Virus record (IMG/VR): IMGVR_UViG_3300021306_000185
From: an uncultured virus (IMG/VR IMGVR_UViG_3300021306_000185)
Lineage: Duplodnaviria > Heunggongvirae > Uroviricota > Caudoviricetes
Strand: one strand, 5' to 3'
Length of the DNA stretch: 64,000 nucleotides
The notes beneath the pieces were generated by a model. That model saw nothing but the letters and a program-made list of their open reading frames with translations, searched no databases and was not told the origin of the DNA. Made by a program: the position numbers and the translations under genes. Shown here piece after piece: positions 50,742 through 60,498 of this stretch (positions are counted from its first letter, which is position 1; the number at the start of each line of letters is the position of its first letter).

Positions 50742-50774
50742 TGAAACGCTGATGCCAATCACGTCAGCGTTTCA
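50742..50774 (+). terminator. Hairpin
   Basis: TGAAACGCTGA/TCAGCGTTTCA perfect 11-bp stem. Confidence 0.55.
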
Positions 50775-50794
50775 TTCATACAATCATCGAACTC

Positions 50795-51091
50795 ATGAAT
50801 CCTACCAGCACTTCACTCCTGCTCGCTCTCCTCGGTGAGCAAACTACCCCTGCCATCGTCGAAGAACTCTCCGATACTCTCATGTACGTTGGCTATTGTC
50901 TGCCGACAACCACGAGCTACGATGATCCGACGTGGCTCATTCGCCGTGTCAAGAAGACCACCAATGAAGATGGATCGTCATTACAGACTATTATGTACCC
51001 GAATGGAGAAAGACGGTATAATCAGAAGTGGTCAGAAAGAGGGGAATTGGTCTTTACGTATGTCGCTGGCTGGTCAGAGAGTGATGATTAG
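50795..51091 (+). CDS. Hypothetical phage protein
   Basis: YVGY...WLIRRV...YPNG...W..R pattern. Confidence 0.6.
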   Translation: MNPTSTSLLLALLGEQTTPAIVEELSDTLMYVGYCLPTTTSYDDPTWLIRRVKKTTNEDGSSLQTIMYPNGERRYNQKWSERGELVFTYVAGWSESDD

Positions 51092-51287
51092 GACGAGAGA
51101 ATTCTTTAGACTCAAAATAAATTGCGCCTCCATTTCTTTGCGTAAAGGGGGCGTATTTGCGTTAAATTTGAGAGGCAAAACAAGGTCGTTGGGGAAGTGC
51201 TATAGAGTCGTTTGATACTATCTTGATACAATATTTTGCAATATATTGAATAACAATATCGTTTCTAAATCCCCTCCAACGGTTTCT

Positions 51288-52175
51288 TCACTTGATCCGG
51301 TATTCTATTGTTGAGTGCCAGCTATCGGTAGCATCGAAGCTGACCACGAAGTATCCACTTCCGGGCATCACACGGACGTCGATGGGTTTGGCATCGCCAT
51401 AGCCGCTGGAGGTCTGACCTGTTGCACTTACGGCGGTGCTGCTTGCTTCCACGATGTGCGGCACTTCTACTCCATCTACCGTCTGAAGGTAGTCTGTGAG
51501 ATGCTCCAAGACGAGTTCGCCGTTGAATGGTAGCTGCTTCAAATACTCTTTGATAGCCGTTTGAATGGGGCTCGAAGGCTCGCTGATGAGCGTTCCATCG
51601 GTGTTATACATAGTGTCGTCTACATATACAACGAGTTTGAGCGTCAGACGATCACCCGCTTGGCTAAGTATGGTGGTTTGAATGCCGGCATCTTTTATCC
51701 TACCTATGTATGATGAGAATGCCGACAGACGGTTGCTCGGTAGGTATGTGAGGTTGCCATCGCTATCGGTGGTGGCAACTTTTATGACGAGTCCGCCCGT
51801 GTCGGCTTCGTTTACGGCGCATTGGCTGACGGGCTTCTCCGTGTCGGATGTCTCGTCGGTGGTGTAGTCGGCAGTTGCATCGTCGATGGCTTCGCCATAG
51901 CGGAATGCGAGCGCCTTCTGCTGATACCAGGTGAGCGTATGTGGGCGTAGAGCCGCCACAACCGACGTCACTTCGGTGAGGTGCGTTTCGGTGAGGCGCT
52001 CAATGGCGTAGGCACACACGGCAAATACATAGAATAGTATGCTCTCGATACTTGCCTTGCTGAAATGTGCCGAGAACTTCTGATTTTCGCCAAATCCGTA
52101 TGCCGACTGTGCCGCGCTGTCGCGCATAAAGGCGGTGGTCATCGCCTCTTTTATCTCTTCTATTGTTCGTGCCAT
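51288..52175 (-). CDS. Baseplate J-like protein
   Basis: MARTIEEIK, PHTL.WY...AL.F.YG, IKDAG and YL..LPFNG motifs. Confidence 0.75.
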   Translation of the reverse strand: MARTIEEIKEAMTTAFMRDSAAQSAYGFGENQKFSAHFSKASIESILFYVFAVCAYAIERLTETHLTEVTSVVAALRPHTLTWYQQKALAFRYGEAIDDATADYTTDETSDTEKPVSQCAVNEADTGGLVIKVATTDSDGNLTYLPSNRLSAFSSYIGRIKDAGIQTTILSQAGDRLTLKLVVYVDDTMYNTDGTLISEPSSPIQTAIKEYLKQLPFNGELVLEHLTDYLQTVDGVEVPHIVEASSTAVSATGQTSSGYGDAKPIDVRVMPGSGYFVVSFDATDSWHSTIEYRIK

Positions 52176-52181
52176 GGGGTA

Positions 52182-52502
52182 TTAATTATTGGGTGAGACC
52201 ACGAAGACCGGCACTGGCGCTTTTATGTACCAATATGCTATGCCTTCGGGGTTTAGTTCATCTATCTCTTCTTGGCTTGCCGACGTGGCAGGCGTTATGC
52301 TGTTCAACTCGTATGCACTCACCACGGCGCGGTCGGTCTTAGCATCCACTGTCGGTATTAGCAAAACAGTATTTGCTGCCACTTCGTCGGATAGAACCAG
52401 GTCGTTGGCTTCGGCAAGGTTGTAGGCTAATTCGGCGCGGCCCCACACTTCGAGGGCTATGTCAAAAAGCGTTTGTCTGTCTTGGGCTGTAATGGTTTGC
52501 AC
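52182..52502 (-). CDS. LysM-like / tail X protein
   Basis: QTLFDIAL..WG.......LAEAN. Confidence 0.7.
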   Translation of the reverse strand: MQTITAQDRQTLFDIALEVWGRAELAYNLAEANDLVLSDEVAANTVLLIPTVDAKTDRAVVSAYELNSITPATSASQEEIDELNPEGIAYWYIKAPVPVFVVSPNN

Positions 52503-52585
52503 GTCTTTAGTTATAAGTTATTAGTTACGAGTGTTAGTCGCTGATGGACGATGGTTACTCGGAACTCGTAATTGGGAATTCGGAA

Positions 52586-52876
52586 CTATTCAACTTCCAT
52601 TTGAATGGCGTTTGAACGGCTATCAACGGCGAGGTTCTTCACCTTCAGCCCTACCGCCACAAGTTGTTTGCGTAGGCGTGTCAGCCAGAGCGCTTGACGA
52701 GGAGAACCGAGTTGACGGTTGGCTTCGCCACCGATGAGTGGCAGCTCCTTCAGTTCACCTCGGTTGGCCGTGGTGACAATGGTTGCTATCGTCGTTTGTG
52801 GACGACCCAACGCAATGCATCTGCCATCTATTAGCAGGTCGTTGGTTTCGCTGTCGAGTATTAGTCCAAGGGTCAT
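52586..52876 (-). CDS. Baseplate wedge (gp25/gp46-like) protein
   Basis: DLLI...GELKE.PLIG; position before LysM and J. Confidence 0.6.
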   Translation of the reverse strand: MTLGLILDSETNDLLIDGRCIALGRPQTTIATIVTTANRGELKELPLIGGEANRQLGSPRQALWLTRLRKQLVAVGLKVKNLAVDSRSNAIQMEVE

Positions 52877-52908
52877 TGAGAATTAAGAATTTATAATTAA
52901 GAAGTAAG

Positions 52909-52961
52909 AATTATAAGAGCATGGCTTACGGCGGACGCGGCACGCCACGGCTCTCTTACTT
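52909..52961 (-). repeat. 53-bp repeat, inverted copy of 62346..62398
   Basis: Exact reverse complement by direct reading. Confidence 0.9.
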
Positions 52962-52984
52962 ATTACTTTCTACTTACTACTTTT

Positions 52985-54946
52985 TTACATCGCATAGTTC
53001 ACATCATTTACGGCATCGATGAGGGCGCGGGCAACCATGTCGCGAACGTCGGTGGCTGTCTGTTGCATATTGGTAGTGGCCACGGTGAAGTTCTCCACCA
53101 CCTTGTCGATGGTTATGTCGATGCGTTTTATTTGGCTCGACTGCGCAGTGGCTTTTGTAGCTGTGCCGTTAGCAGCGAGGTTGATGCCGAGCGGTCCGAG
53201 CTTCTTTTCCTCCTTCTTCTTGTTGTCGGCTTTGGTTTCGGCGGTCTTGTTGTCGGTGGCTTTGGTCTCTTCGGGCTTAGCAAGGTTGTGATCGATGCGC
53301 ACCTCTTGCACCCAGTTAGCAGCCTTCTTAGCCCAATCCCACCCCGTGAGTTCGCCCACCCATCCGAGGAGCTTCTGCACAGGGCGCAGCAACACGTCCA
53401 TAAGTACCTCGCCGATACGCTTCAGTCCGGCTATTATGCCCTCGTTTTTGAACGCATCTACAATGCTATCCCAATGCGTCTTGAATGCAAGAATCATCGA
53501 ACCAAGCGGACCGAAGAGCATTAGAGCCTCGTCGCCCCATTTCTTGAAGGCTTCTATTACGAGATACACCACGCCGATAAGCGCCATGATGCCAAGCACT
53601 ATCAAGACTATCGGGTTCATGCTCATAATTACATTGAACACCTTCTGTACAGCCGTCCACACCTTGGTTACGGCAATGACAACCTTTTGTGCCGCCGCTG
53701 TTTTCATCAGTGAAGTGCGTAGCATATTGAAGCGCAAACGCAACAGGCGAACCGACGCAAGCGGATTGAGAAGCACGCGACCCATGTTGTGGGTGACGGA
53801 AATAAAAGTTTTACCTAACGCGCCCGCAAGTTTTGTGGCTTCACCAAGAGCGACAAACTGTTGTGCACCCTCCGACAACACTGTGGTCCACGCTGCTGCA
53901 GGTCCGAGGGCTGTACCTATACTTATCTTCAGGTCGTCGAACTGTGCGCGCGTAATCTCAAGTTGATGCGCCCAAGTGGCATTGCGGATTTCGGCTTGCT
54001 CTTGTGCGGCTTGGGTGTTGGTTACAGCGTCGGTCATATCGCGCACGGCATCGGCATTTTGAATGAGGTAAGTGGCTGCCGTTACATTGGCTATGCCGAA
54101 TGTTTTGGCAAGAAATTCGGTGTCTTGCAGTTTAGGTCGCAAAGCCGCCAGTGCGTCCGAGAGGTCGGTTACCGAAGTGTCTACACCGAGTTTCGTTTTG
54201 AGGCTAAGCAGCACGTTGCGTAGTGCCGTACCAGCCTCAGCGCCTTTGATGTTTGCACCGCCAAGCACTTCGAGTGCACCAGCCGTATGCTCCACATCTA
54301 CGCCAAGGCTCGAAGCTGCTGCGCCTACCACCTTGAACGACTGTGCAAGGTCTACCACTTCGCTCGCTCCCACGCGGCTACCAGCGGCAAGCACATTCAT
54401 AATGCGGTCGGCATCGTTGGCGGCAAGTCCATATTGGCTGATGGTGGCGGCAAGCGAGTTGGCAGCATCGTCGATGGTGAGACCTGCCGCCTGTGCGAGG
54501 GTGGCACTCTTATCGAGAATAAGCCCGATGTCGTCTACTGGAGCGTCCAGCTGACCAGCAAGCACCGAGAAGGCACGAGCCGCTTCGGCAGCACCAAGTC
54601 CGCTCTCTTTGCCTATCTGACGTGCCATCTCGCCTACGCGTTCAAGATCTTTGCCTGTCACGCCTGTTATGGCCGACAGGTCTGCCATACGCTGCTGAAA
54701 CTCTATGGCAGGCGTTGTCGTCTGCATTATGGTGTCGCCAACGTGTTTTATAGCGTCTGAAGCCGTCTTAAATTTGAATAGAGAGTCGGTGGTTTTGTCG
54801 AAGACCTCTTTCTGCTTTTTTGCAGCATCGAGGACTTTCTTCACGGCGTTCTCTACACCCTCAATCGAGCCAGTTATATTCTGCACCGCACCTGTAACGT
54901 TGTCGACGAGTTGAAGTTTTAACTCTACTGTATTGTTATTGGCCAT
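52985..54946 (-). CDS. Tail tape measure protein (TP901-like core)
   Basis: FQQRMADL.AITG, GAEAGTALRN, NPI.L and TM segments. Confidence 0.92.
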   Translation of the reverse strand: MANNNTVELKLQLVDNVTGAVQNITGSIEGVENAVKKVLDAAKKQKEVFDKTTDSLFKFKTASDAIKHVGDTIMQTTTPAIEFQQRMADLSAITGVTGKDLERVGEMARQIGKESGLGAAEAARAFSVLAGQLDAPVDDIGLILDKSATLAQAAGLTIDDAANSLAATISQYGLAANDADRIMNVLAAGSRVGASEVVDLAQSFKVVGAAASSLGVDVEHTAGALEVLGGANIKGAEAGTALRNVLLSLKTKLGVDTSVTDLSDALAALRPKLQDTEFLAKTFGIANVTAATYLIQNADAVRDMTDAVTNTQAAQEQAEIRNATWAHQLEITRAQFDDLKISIGTALGPAAAWTTVLSEGAQQFVALGEATKLAGALGKTFISVTHNMGRVLLNPLASVRLLRLRFNMLRTSLMKTAAAQKVVIAVTKVWTAVQKVFNVIMSMNPIVLIVLGIMALIGVVYLVIEAFKKWGDEALMLFGPLGSMILAFKTHWDSIVDAFKNEGIIAGLKRIGEVLMDVLLRPVQKLLGWVGELTGWDWAKKAANWVQEVRIDHNLAKPEETKATDNKTAETKADNKKKEEKKLGPLGINLAANGTATKATAQSSQIKRIDITIDKVVENFTVATTNMQQTATDVRDMVARALIDAVNDVNYAM

Positions 54947-55105
54947 AAATACTTATATATTTGAAATGTGAATACGACAAAGTCATGGTACTCTTCGTTT
55001 ACATATTAACTGGAATTGGTTGTTGGTGTCTCTTCAAAGAGATGGGTATATTCGGCAATCGAGATTAGATGTAGCGTCTTGCAATTCCCTCTCAACGCAG
55101 AATTT

Positions 55106-55330
55106 TCAATCCTTTTTACTACCAAATAGCCTTCCGAGCATTTCTGCTTGGTTGCGCAGTCGCCATGTCTCTATCCAAAGGGATTCGGAGCACAGACGCG
55201 CCCACGTCTCTTCGTCGAGAGTAGACGGATCAAGGTGGAAGTTGGCACGTATTAGTGCATCGCCTTTGAGGAGTTCATCTTCCTCGTTGTCGGAGTCTAC
55301 CTTGAGGGCAAACTCCGTCAGACGTTTTTT
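55106..55330 (-). CDS. Tail chaperone GT extension in the -1 frame
   Basis: A AAA AAC slippery site opens KKRLTEF...ALIRANFHLDP...WARL...GSKKD*. Confidence 0.8.
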   Translation of the reverse strand, partial: KKRLTEFALKVDSDNEEDELLKGDALIRANFHLDPSTLDEETWARLCSESLWIETWRLRNQAEMLGRLFGSKKD

Positions 55331-55626
55331 ATTGTAGCCTTGGCTGCGCCTACAATCTTCGAGAGTTCGCCCACAGTAGCCATGAAGAGCGAGGTGTCGC
55401 TTTTGACGGTGTCGGCACCACCCACGAAACAGTTTTCGAGCAGTATTTGAGAAGCTTTTATCTCGTCGGTTTTGGCCATTTTGGTCATGGCGCTGAGTGT
55501 GCCCATGTCGGGGCGGCGGAAGTAGGCAACGTATTGTTCGCCATCGTCTTCGGCTGTGATTTCGTAAATCTTACCATACTGAGCTTTGAGGCGGTTGATT
55601 TCGGCCTCGGTGAGTTGTCCGGTCAT
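55318..55626 (-). CDS. Tail assembly chaperone (G)
   Basis: ATG at 55626; LKAQYGKI, YFRRP and LENCFVGG motifs; upstream of TMP. Confidence 0.8.
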   Translation of the reverse strand: MTGQLTEAEINRLKAQYGKIYEITAEDDGEQYVAYFRRPDMGTLSAMTKMAKTDEIKASQILLENCFVGGADTVKSDTSLFMATVGELSKIVGAAKATIKNV

Positions 55627-55658
55627 TTCTTTAGTTATAAGTTTTGAGTTATTAGTTA

Positions 55659-55683
55659 CGTTCAGGCGGATTTGCAAATCCGC
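55659..55683. repeat. REP-like palindrome GCGGATTTGCAAATCCGC; related copy at about 61144-61168
   Basis: Read directly. Confidence 0.75.
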
Positions 55684-55785
55684 TCCAACGGCCACAAAGT
55701 TGCCGCCCGTGAATCGTTGCGGGAAATAGTTGCGCCAATTTGGCTCACCTATTTTGCGGGGGTGTAGAGGCAATTCATTTTTGCC

Positions 55786-56727
55786 ATGAAAACAAAAACA
55801 ACCTATTCCCTAATGAAACGTATCGACCGTGAATTTTGCCTAACCGACAACTCCGTCAACTGCTATGGCTATCGCTTGCTTACTGATGGTATGGAACTCG
55901 ACCGCTACCGACCGCCAGTGGGTTTCCTTATGCACGACCGCGACAAAGGTGTTGCAGTGCAGTGGACCGACTTCCGCCGTGAAGGCGATGCTCTCTTTGC
56001 CGTTCCTATTGTCAACGACACACTCTTCCCCGACCTCGCCCAACAAATAGAGGAAGGCTTCATCAATGCTGCTTCGGTGGGCCATATCGTTGCGCTTGAG
56101 ATAAGCGACGACCTATCCGATAAACTCCCCGGACAAGATGGTCCAACAGTGAAACGTTGGTTCCCGCGCGAGATTAGTCTCGTTGATATTCCTGGCAACT
56201 ACAACGCTCTGGGCCGACTTTATGACGAAAACGACAATGTGCTGCACGACCTTGCGGCGCGTATTAATAACCATAATAATATGAACTACAAAGAAATCTT
56301 TCCCGACCTCCAAAGCGAGGACGAAGAGGTGCTAAAGCCATATTTGGTAAACCTCAAGGCGAAAGCCGACCGCGCCGACGCTCTGCAAAAAGAGCTCGAC
56401 AACCTCAAAGCCTCCAACGACCAAAACGCCGTGCAACAGATGCTCGAAAAGGCAGTTGCCGATCATCGCATCACTCAACAACTTGCCGACTGTCTGAAGA
56501 AAGACTACGTAGGCCGACTTGAAGCGCTACAAAACCTCCTTGCCGCTATGCCAGCCAAGAAGAGCGTGCCAACGCCAGAACCAAAACAAAGCAAAACCGA
56601 CTTCGCTTCGCTCTCGTGGGACGAACTGGACCGCAAGAACCTTCTCGCGCAACTCAAAGCCGAAAACAAAGAGCTCTTCGAGAAGAAGTTCTTCGAGAAA
56701 TTCGGTCAGAAACTCAACCTCGAGTAA
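55786..56727 (+). CDS. Prohead protease / scaffold protein
   Basis: SVNCYGYR, FLMH, AASVG and EISLVDIPGN motifs; coiled-coil tail. Confidence 0.85.
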   Translation: MKTKTTYSLMKRIDREFCLTDNSVNCYGYRLLTDGMELDRYRPPVGFLMHDRDKGVAVQWTDFRREGDALFAVPIVNDTLFPDLAQQIEEGFINAASVGHIVALEISDDLSDKLPGQDGPTVKRWFPREISLVDIPGNYNALGRLYDENDNVLHDLAARINNHNNMNYKEIFPDLQSEDEEVLKPYLVNLKAKADRADALQKELDNLKASNDQNAVQQMLEKAVADHRITQQLADCLKKDYVGRLEALQNLLAAMPAKKSVPTPEPKQSKTDFASLSWDELDRKNLLAQLKAENKELFEKKFFEKFGQKLNLE

Positions 56728-56825
56728 GTAAAAAGTAAAAGAGCAGAGCGTAGTGGGTATAGCGAAGTGCAGATACCGATGGCGCGTCTCTCGTAATTAT
56801 TAATTCGTAATTCTTAATTCTAAAC

Positions 56826-57705
56826 ATGGCTTTACAGAAAGAAATTTGGCTCAACGACATTGTCGCACCCCTTTTTGCCGACAACACCTTTGCGGCACGC
56901 GCTATCAACCACTCGGGCTTTGTGAACAACAAGACTGTCCACGTCCCCAATGCTGGTTCTGCCCCCTCTATCGTCAAGAATCGCTCTACTTTCCCTGCTC
57001 AGGCTGGCGGTAGAACCGACTCAGACCTCACCTACAACATCAACGATGTATACTTCCGATCCTATTCACATCACCAATGGCGAAGAGGTGGAACTCTCGT
57101 ACGACAAACGCCAAAGCGTCATTGCTCAGATGCGTGCAGCTCTTGTCGATGCTGTGCATGGCGACATTGTGGACGCCTGGATAGACGGCGTAACGCCTAC
57201 CATGAAGGCTATTGCAAGCTTCGGCTCATCGGATGTGCTCGACCTTGCTACCACCTTCAACTCTCAAGATGTGCCGCAAACAGGACGTTGTCTTCTCCTC
57301 AACGCACAGGCATATAGCCAACTGCTTGAAGACCTCACTCAGCAGCAGAGCCAAGCATTCCTTGCTTCTGCCGATGCTCAGAAAGGCACCGTGGGTGCCA
57401 TCTATGGCTTCGACGTCTATCTGCGTTCGTCTGTTTCGCCTGCCAATAGCAATGTGTATGCTGTGGCATGGCAACAAGAGTGCGTAAGCCGCGCACTTGG
57501 CAACGTGGATCTCTTCGTCGACGAAAAGAATCCGTCGTACTACGGCGACATCCTCTCGGCTCTCGTTCGCGCTGGTGGCGCTGCCATCCGTCAAGATGGC
57601 AAGGGCATAGCTGCTATCTCTGCAAGTGCACCAACCACCGAGGGTGATACTCAAGAGACCACCACCGAGGGTGATACTCAAGAGACCGACGGCGAAGGTG
57701 AGTAG
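56826..57705 (+). pseudogene. Major capsid protein copy 1, split by one extra base at about 57047-57048
   Basis: Two overlapping frames join to align with the paralogue at 58717. Confidence 0.75.
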
Positions 57706-57763
57706 ACTGTGACTGTTGATTTAGCTCACACTTAAATCATACACATTATACACTTTCTTTTCA

Positions 57764-58171
57764 ATGAGACCAATTACCGAAATAATAATCCACTGCACAG
57801 CCACGCGCGAGGGCCGCGATTTCTCTATCGAGACCTTTCGCCGTTGGCACCGCAAACGTGGGTTTTCCGACGTAGGCTACCATTACATCATACACCCTGA
57901 CGGCTCGGTTAGCATAGGTCGTCCGCTTACCATAGCGGGCGCACACTGCACGGGTCACAACGCCAATTCAATAGGTGTGGCCTACGTCGGCGGCTTGGCC
58001 TCTAATGGAAAGACGCCTAAAGACACTCGCACCGAGGCACAAAAGGTGGCTATGCGCAACCTCTTGCGCGAACTGCATACTCAGTTCCCTCGAGCCACTG
58101 TGCATGGACATAGCGAGTTTGCCAACAAAGCTTGCCCGTGCTTCGACGTGAAAGAATTGACAATGGAGTAA
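57764..58171 (+). CDS. N-acetylmuramoyl-L-alanine amidase endolysin
   Basis: IIHCTAT, GYHY, GAHC, GHSEF and KACP motifs. Confidence 0.93.
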   Translation: MRPITEIIIHCTATREGRDFSIETFRRWHRKRGFSDVGYHYIIHPDGSVSIGRPLTIAGAHCTGHNANSIGVAYVGGLASNGKTPKDTRTEAQKVAMRNLLRELHTQFPRATVHGHSEFANKACPCFDVKELTME

Positions 58172-58224
58172 AGAGTAGTGAGTAGAGTGTAAAGAGTAGT
58201 GTCGATACTATATCTAACTACACT

Positions 58225-58286
58225 CAACTCTGAACTTTCAACTCTGAACTTTCAACTCTGAACTTTCAACTCTGAACTTTCAACTC
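58225..58286 (+). repeat. Tandem 14-mer CAACTCTGAACTTT x4
   Basis: Read directly; related runs near 58650-58705 and 59945-60005. Confidence 0.9.
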
Positions 58287-58312
58287 GTAACTCTTAATTC
58301 ATAATTATAAAG

Positions 58313-58474
58313 ATGTCTGTAATGAAATTCGTTCTAAGACTCATACTGCGCGACCTCATTGGTTTCGTGGTAGCCAACATCGGTTCTTGGATTGGTGCTG
58401 TAGGTGAAGGAATGCAAAAATTCTACACCGACGACACCAAGAAGACCGAACAGACCGACACCGAGAAACAATGA
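58313..58474 (+). CDS. 53-aa hydrophobic peptide, holin-like candidate
   Basis: MSVMKFVLRLIL...; follows the repeat leader. Confidence 0.5.
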   Translation: MSVMKFVLRLILRDLIGFVVANIGSWIGAVGEGMQKFYTDDTKKTEQTDTEKQ

Positions 58475-58617
58475 GAGGTGTCGTTCGCTTCATAGCCGCC
58501 GCAACCTTAGGGGTGGGCGGCTTACTTCTAACCTTCGTAGGCGACATGCTATCGACAGTGGGCGAAAGCAATTTCCGCCTATACTCAACGATTGATAAAT
58601 GGGCGAAGGGGAATTGA
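58471..58617 (+). CDS. 48-aa membrane peptide
   Basis: ATGA coupling; MRGVVRFIAAATLGVGGLLLTFVG. Confidence 0.5.
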   Translation: MRGVVRFIAAATLGVGGLLLTFVGDMLSTVGESNFRLYSTIDKWAKGN

Positions 58618-58716
58618 CAATTGACAATTGAGAATTGAGAATTGAAAAATACTCTAAACTCTAAACTTTCAACTCTCAACTCTAAACTTTCAACACTAAA
58701 CTCGTAACTAAACAAA

Positions 58717-59517
58717 GTGGCACTAAACAAAGAACTATGGCTTAGTGAGATAATTGCTCCGCTACGCAACAATAATAGCTTCATACGTCGTTCGCTCGAC
58801 CATTCGGCGTTTATCGATGGGCGTCAGGTGCATGTGCCCTGCGCTATGGGCGAGGTGCAGGTGGCTAAAGACCGCGCCACGTTCCCTGCCACGCCAGGCA
58901 GTCGCGACGACATCGATGTGCATTATCCTGTCAGCGAGTTTTCCACATCGCCTATACTTATTCCCTTCCGCGACCGCATAGAGCAAAACGCCAACGCGCG
59001 TGCTGCTACTATATCGCAGATGCGCGACAGACTCGAGGATGCCATCACCGAAGAGATAGTGTCGCGTTGGCTTGGCGGTTGCCAAACAAACGTGATTACA
59101 GGTGCCAGCATGGCCGACAACCTTCTTGTGGCTACCGACACCTACTTCAGTCAAAAGCGCCTACCGCGCACTGGACGTTGCTTGCTCGTGAAGCCAAGTC
59201 GATGGATAGAGATACTCGACACCATCACCAGTAAGCCAATAAGCGTGGTGCTGCCACCGCCAAGTGTGCCTGGTGCTGCTACTAATCTCTTTGGCTTCGA
59301 CGTATACATACGCCAAACCATCTCGGAGACTTATCCGAATGTGTATGCTATGGCTTGGCAACAAGACTGCGTAAGCCACGCCATTGGTGGAGACGAACTC
59401 TTTGTGGACGAACGCAACCCGCTATACTATGGCGAAGTTGTTTCGGCTCTCGTGCGCGCTGGTGGCTCTCGCATCAACGTCGACAACGAAGGCGTGGTAG
59501 CATTTGCGGACAATTGA
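58717..59517 (+). CDS. Major capsid protein copy 2 (diverged paralogue)
   Basis: ALNKELW, GRCLL, FGFDVY, AWQQ.CVS and SALVRAGG shared with copy 1. Confidence 0.75.
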   Translation: MALNKELWLSEIIAPLRNNNSFIRRSLDHSAFIDGRQVHVPCAMGEVQVAKDRATFPATPGSRDDIDVHYPVSEFSTSPILIPFRDRIEQNANARAATISQMRDRLEDAITEEIVSRWLGGCQTNVITGASMADNLLVATDTYFSQKRLPRTGRCLLVKPSRWIEILDTITSKPISVVLPPPSVPGAATNLFGFDVYIRQTISETYPNVYAMAWQQDCVSHAIGGDELFVDERNPLYYGEVVSALVRAGGSRINVDNEGVVAFADN

Positions 59518-59600
59518 TAGTTGATAATTGACAATGCACAATGCATAACTCGTAATTATAGACGCTCGTAATTCGTAACTCATAACTCGTAACTAAAGAA

Positions 59601-59912
59601 GTGGACACAATCGATATAATACGGACCATTGGTGAAGCGGTGCTCTCGTCGGGGCTGATAGCTTCACTGTTCACATTGCGCACAACCAAGCGCAAAGCCG
59701 AAGAGGAACTACAAGAGATAAAAGCCACAAATGCCGACAGCATCTTGCGCACCAACGAAGAGTATATCGTAAAGCCGCTCAAACGCGAGATAAACGGTCT
59801 TCGAACCACAGTGCGCCAGCTGACTAAGGTGATTCAGAAGGCTCAGGAATGCCCGCATGCTGGCGACTGCCCTGTGCGCAACGAGATGCTGGATGTCTCG
59901 ACAAACAATTGA
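59601..59912 (+). CDS. TM plus coiled-coil holin-like protein
   Basis: Hydrophobic N-terminus, heptads, CP...CP tail. Confidence 0.55.
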   Translation: MDTIDIIRTIGEAVLSSGLIASLFTLRTTKRKAEEELQEIKATNADSILRTNEEYIVKPLKREINGLRTTVRQLTKVIQKAQECPHAGDCPVRNEMLDVSTNN

Positions 59913-60010
59913 CAATTGAGAATTGAAAATTGACAATTACTCTAAACTCTGAACTTTCAACTCTGAACTTTCAACTCGTAACTCTTAACTCATAACTCGT
60001 AACTATAGAA

Positions 60011-60487
60011 ATGAGCACATTAATGACACAACTCGGCACCTACATTGCCGGGAGGCTTCAAGGCATCAAAGACTATGCAGATGGGCTGATTACCATTTCC
60101 AACGCCGACCTCAAGGCTATCATCAAGACTTGCATTCAAGATGCTACCAATAGCTCTGCGTCCAACGGCATGGGCACCGAGACGAATGGCACAGGCCAAG
60201 GCGTGGTATACGCCGCCATCAACCAAGCCATATCCGATCTTATCGATGGTGCACCAGCGGCAATGGACACCTTGAAGGAACTTGCCGATGCCATAGAGGA
60301 CAACGGCGACCTTATTGCTGCACTTCAGGCAGCTACGGGCAACCACACCCACAGCAACGCTACGCAATCGACCGCTGGCTTCATGTCCGCCGAGGATAAA
60401 ACGAAGCTCGATGGTTTGGGCACATACGCAGAGTTCGTTTCTGCATTCGAGACGGCATACGGTAGTAACAGTAATAGCAACAGCTAA
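60011..60487 (+). CDS. Fibre-like protein
   Basis: GAPAAMDTLKELADA; HTH..AT...AGFMSAEDKTKLDG. Confidence 0.75.
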   Translation: MSTLMTQLGTYIAGRLQGIKDYADGLITISNADLKAIIKTCIQDATNSSASNGMGTETNGTGQGVVYAAINQAISDLIDGAPAAMDTLKELADAIEDNGDLIAALQAATGNHTHSNATQSTAGFMSAEDKTKLDGLGTYAEFVSAFETAYGSNSNSNS

Positions 60488-60498
60488 GCCTAATACCT

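Larger units (their letters stand above)
1..51150. mobile_element. Element A: integrated provirus-like element with defence cargo and a tailless-type structural operon (ends approximate)
   Basis: Integrase at left, CI/initiator/DnaC module in the middle, structural and lysis operon ending in a hairpin near 51.15 kb. A shared peptide motif links the left and right arms. att sites not seen. Confidence 0.6.

Noticed and set aside
36449..51091. Conjugative transfer region
   Set aside because: No relaxase, coupling protein, VirB4/TraG or TraJ-N motifs; lysis genes present instead
51092..51287. attR of element A
   Set aside because: The left flank is outside the window, so no direct repeat can be matched
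55627..55773. N-terminal extension of the tail chaperone given in the ORF track
   Set aside because: Runs through the palindrome and leader; ATG at 55626 follows the conserved leader motif
58225..58286. CRISPR array
   Set aside because: Contiguous 14-mers with no spacers, and no cas genes
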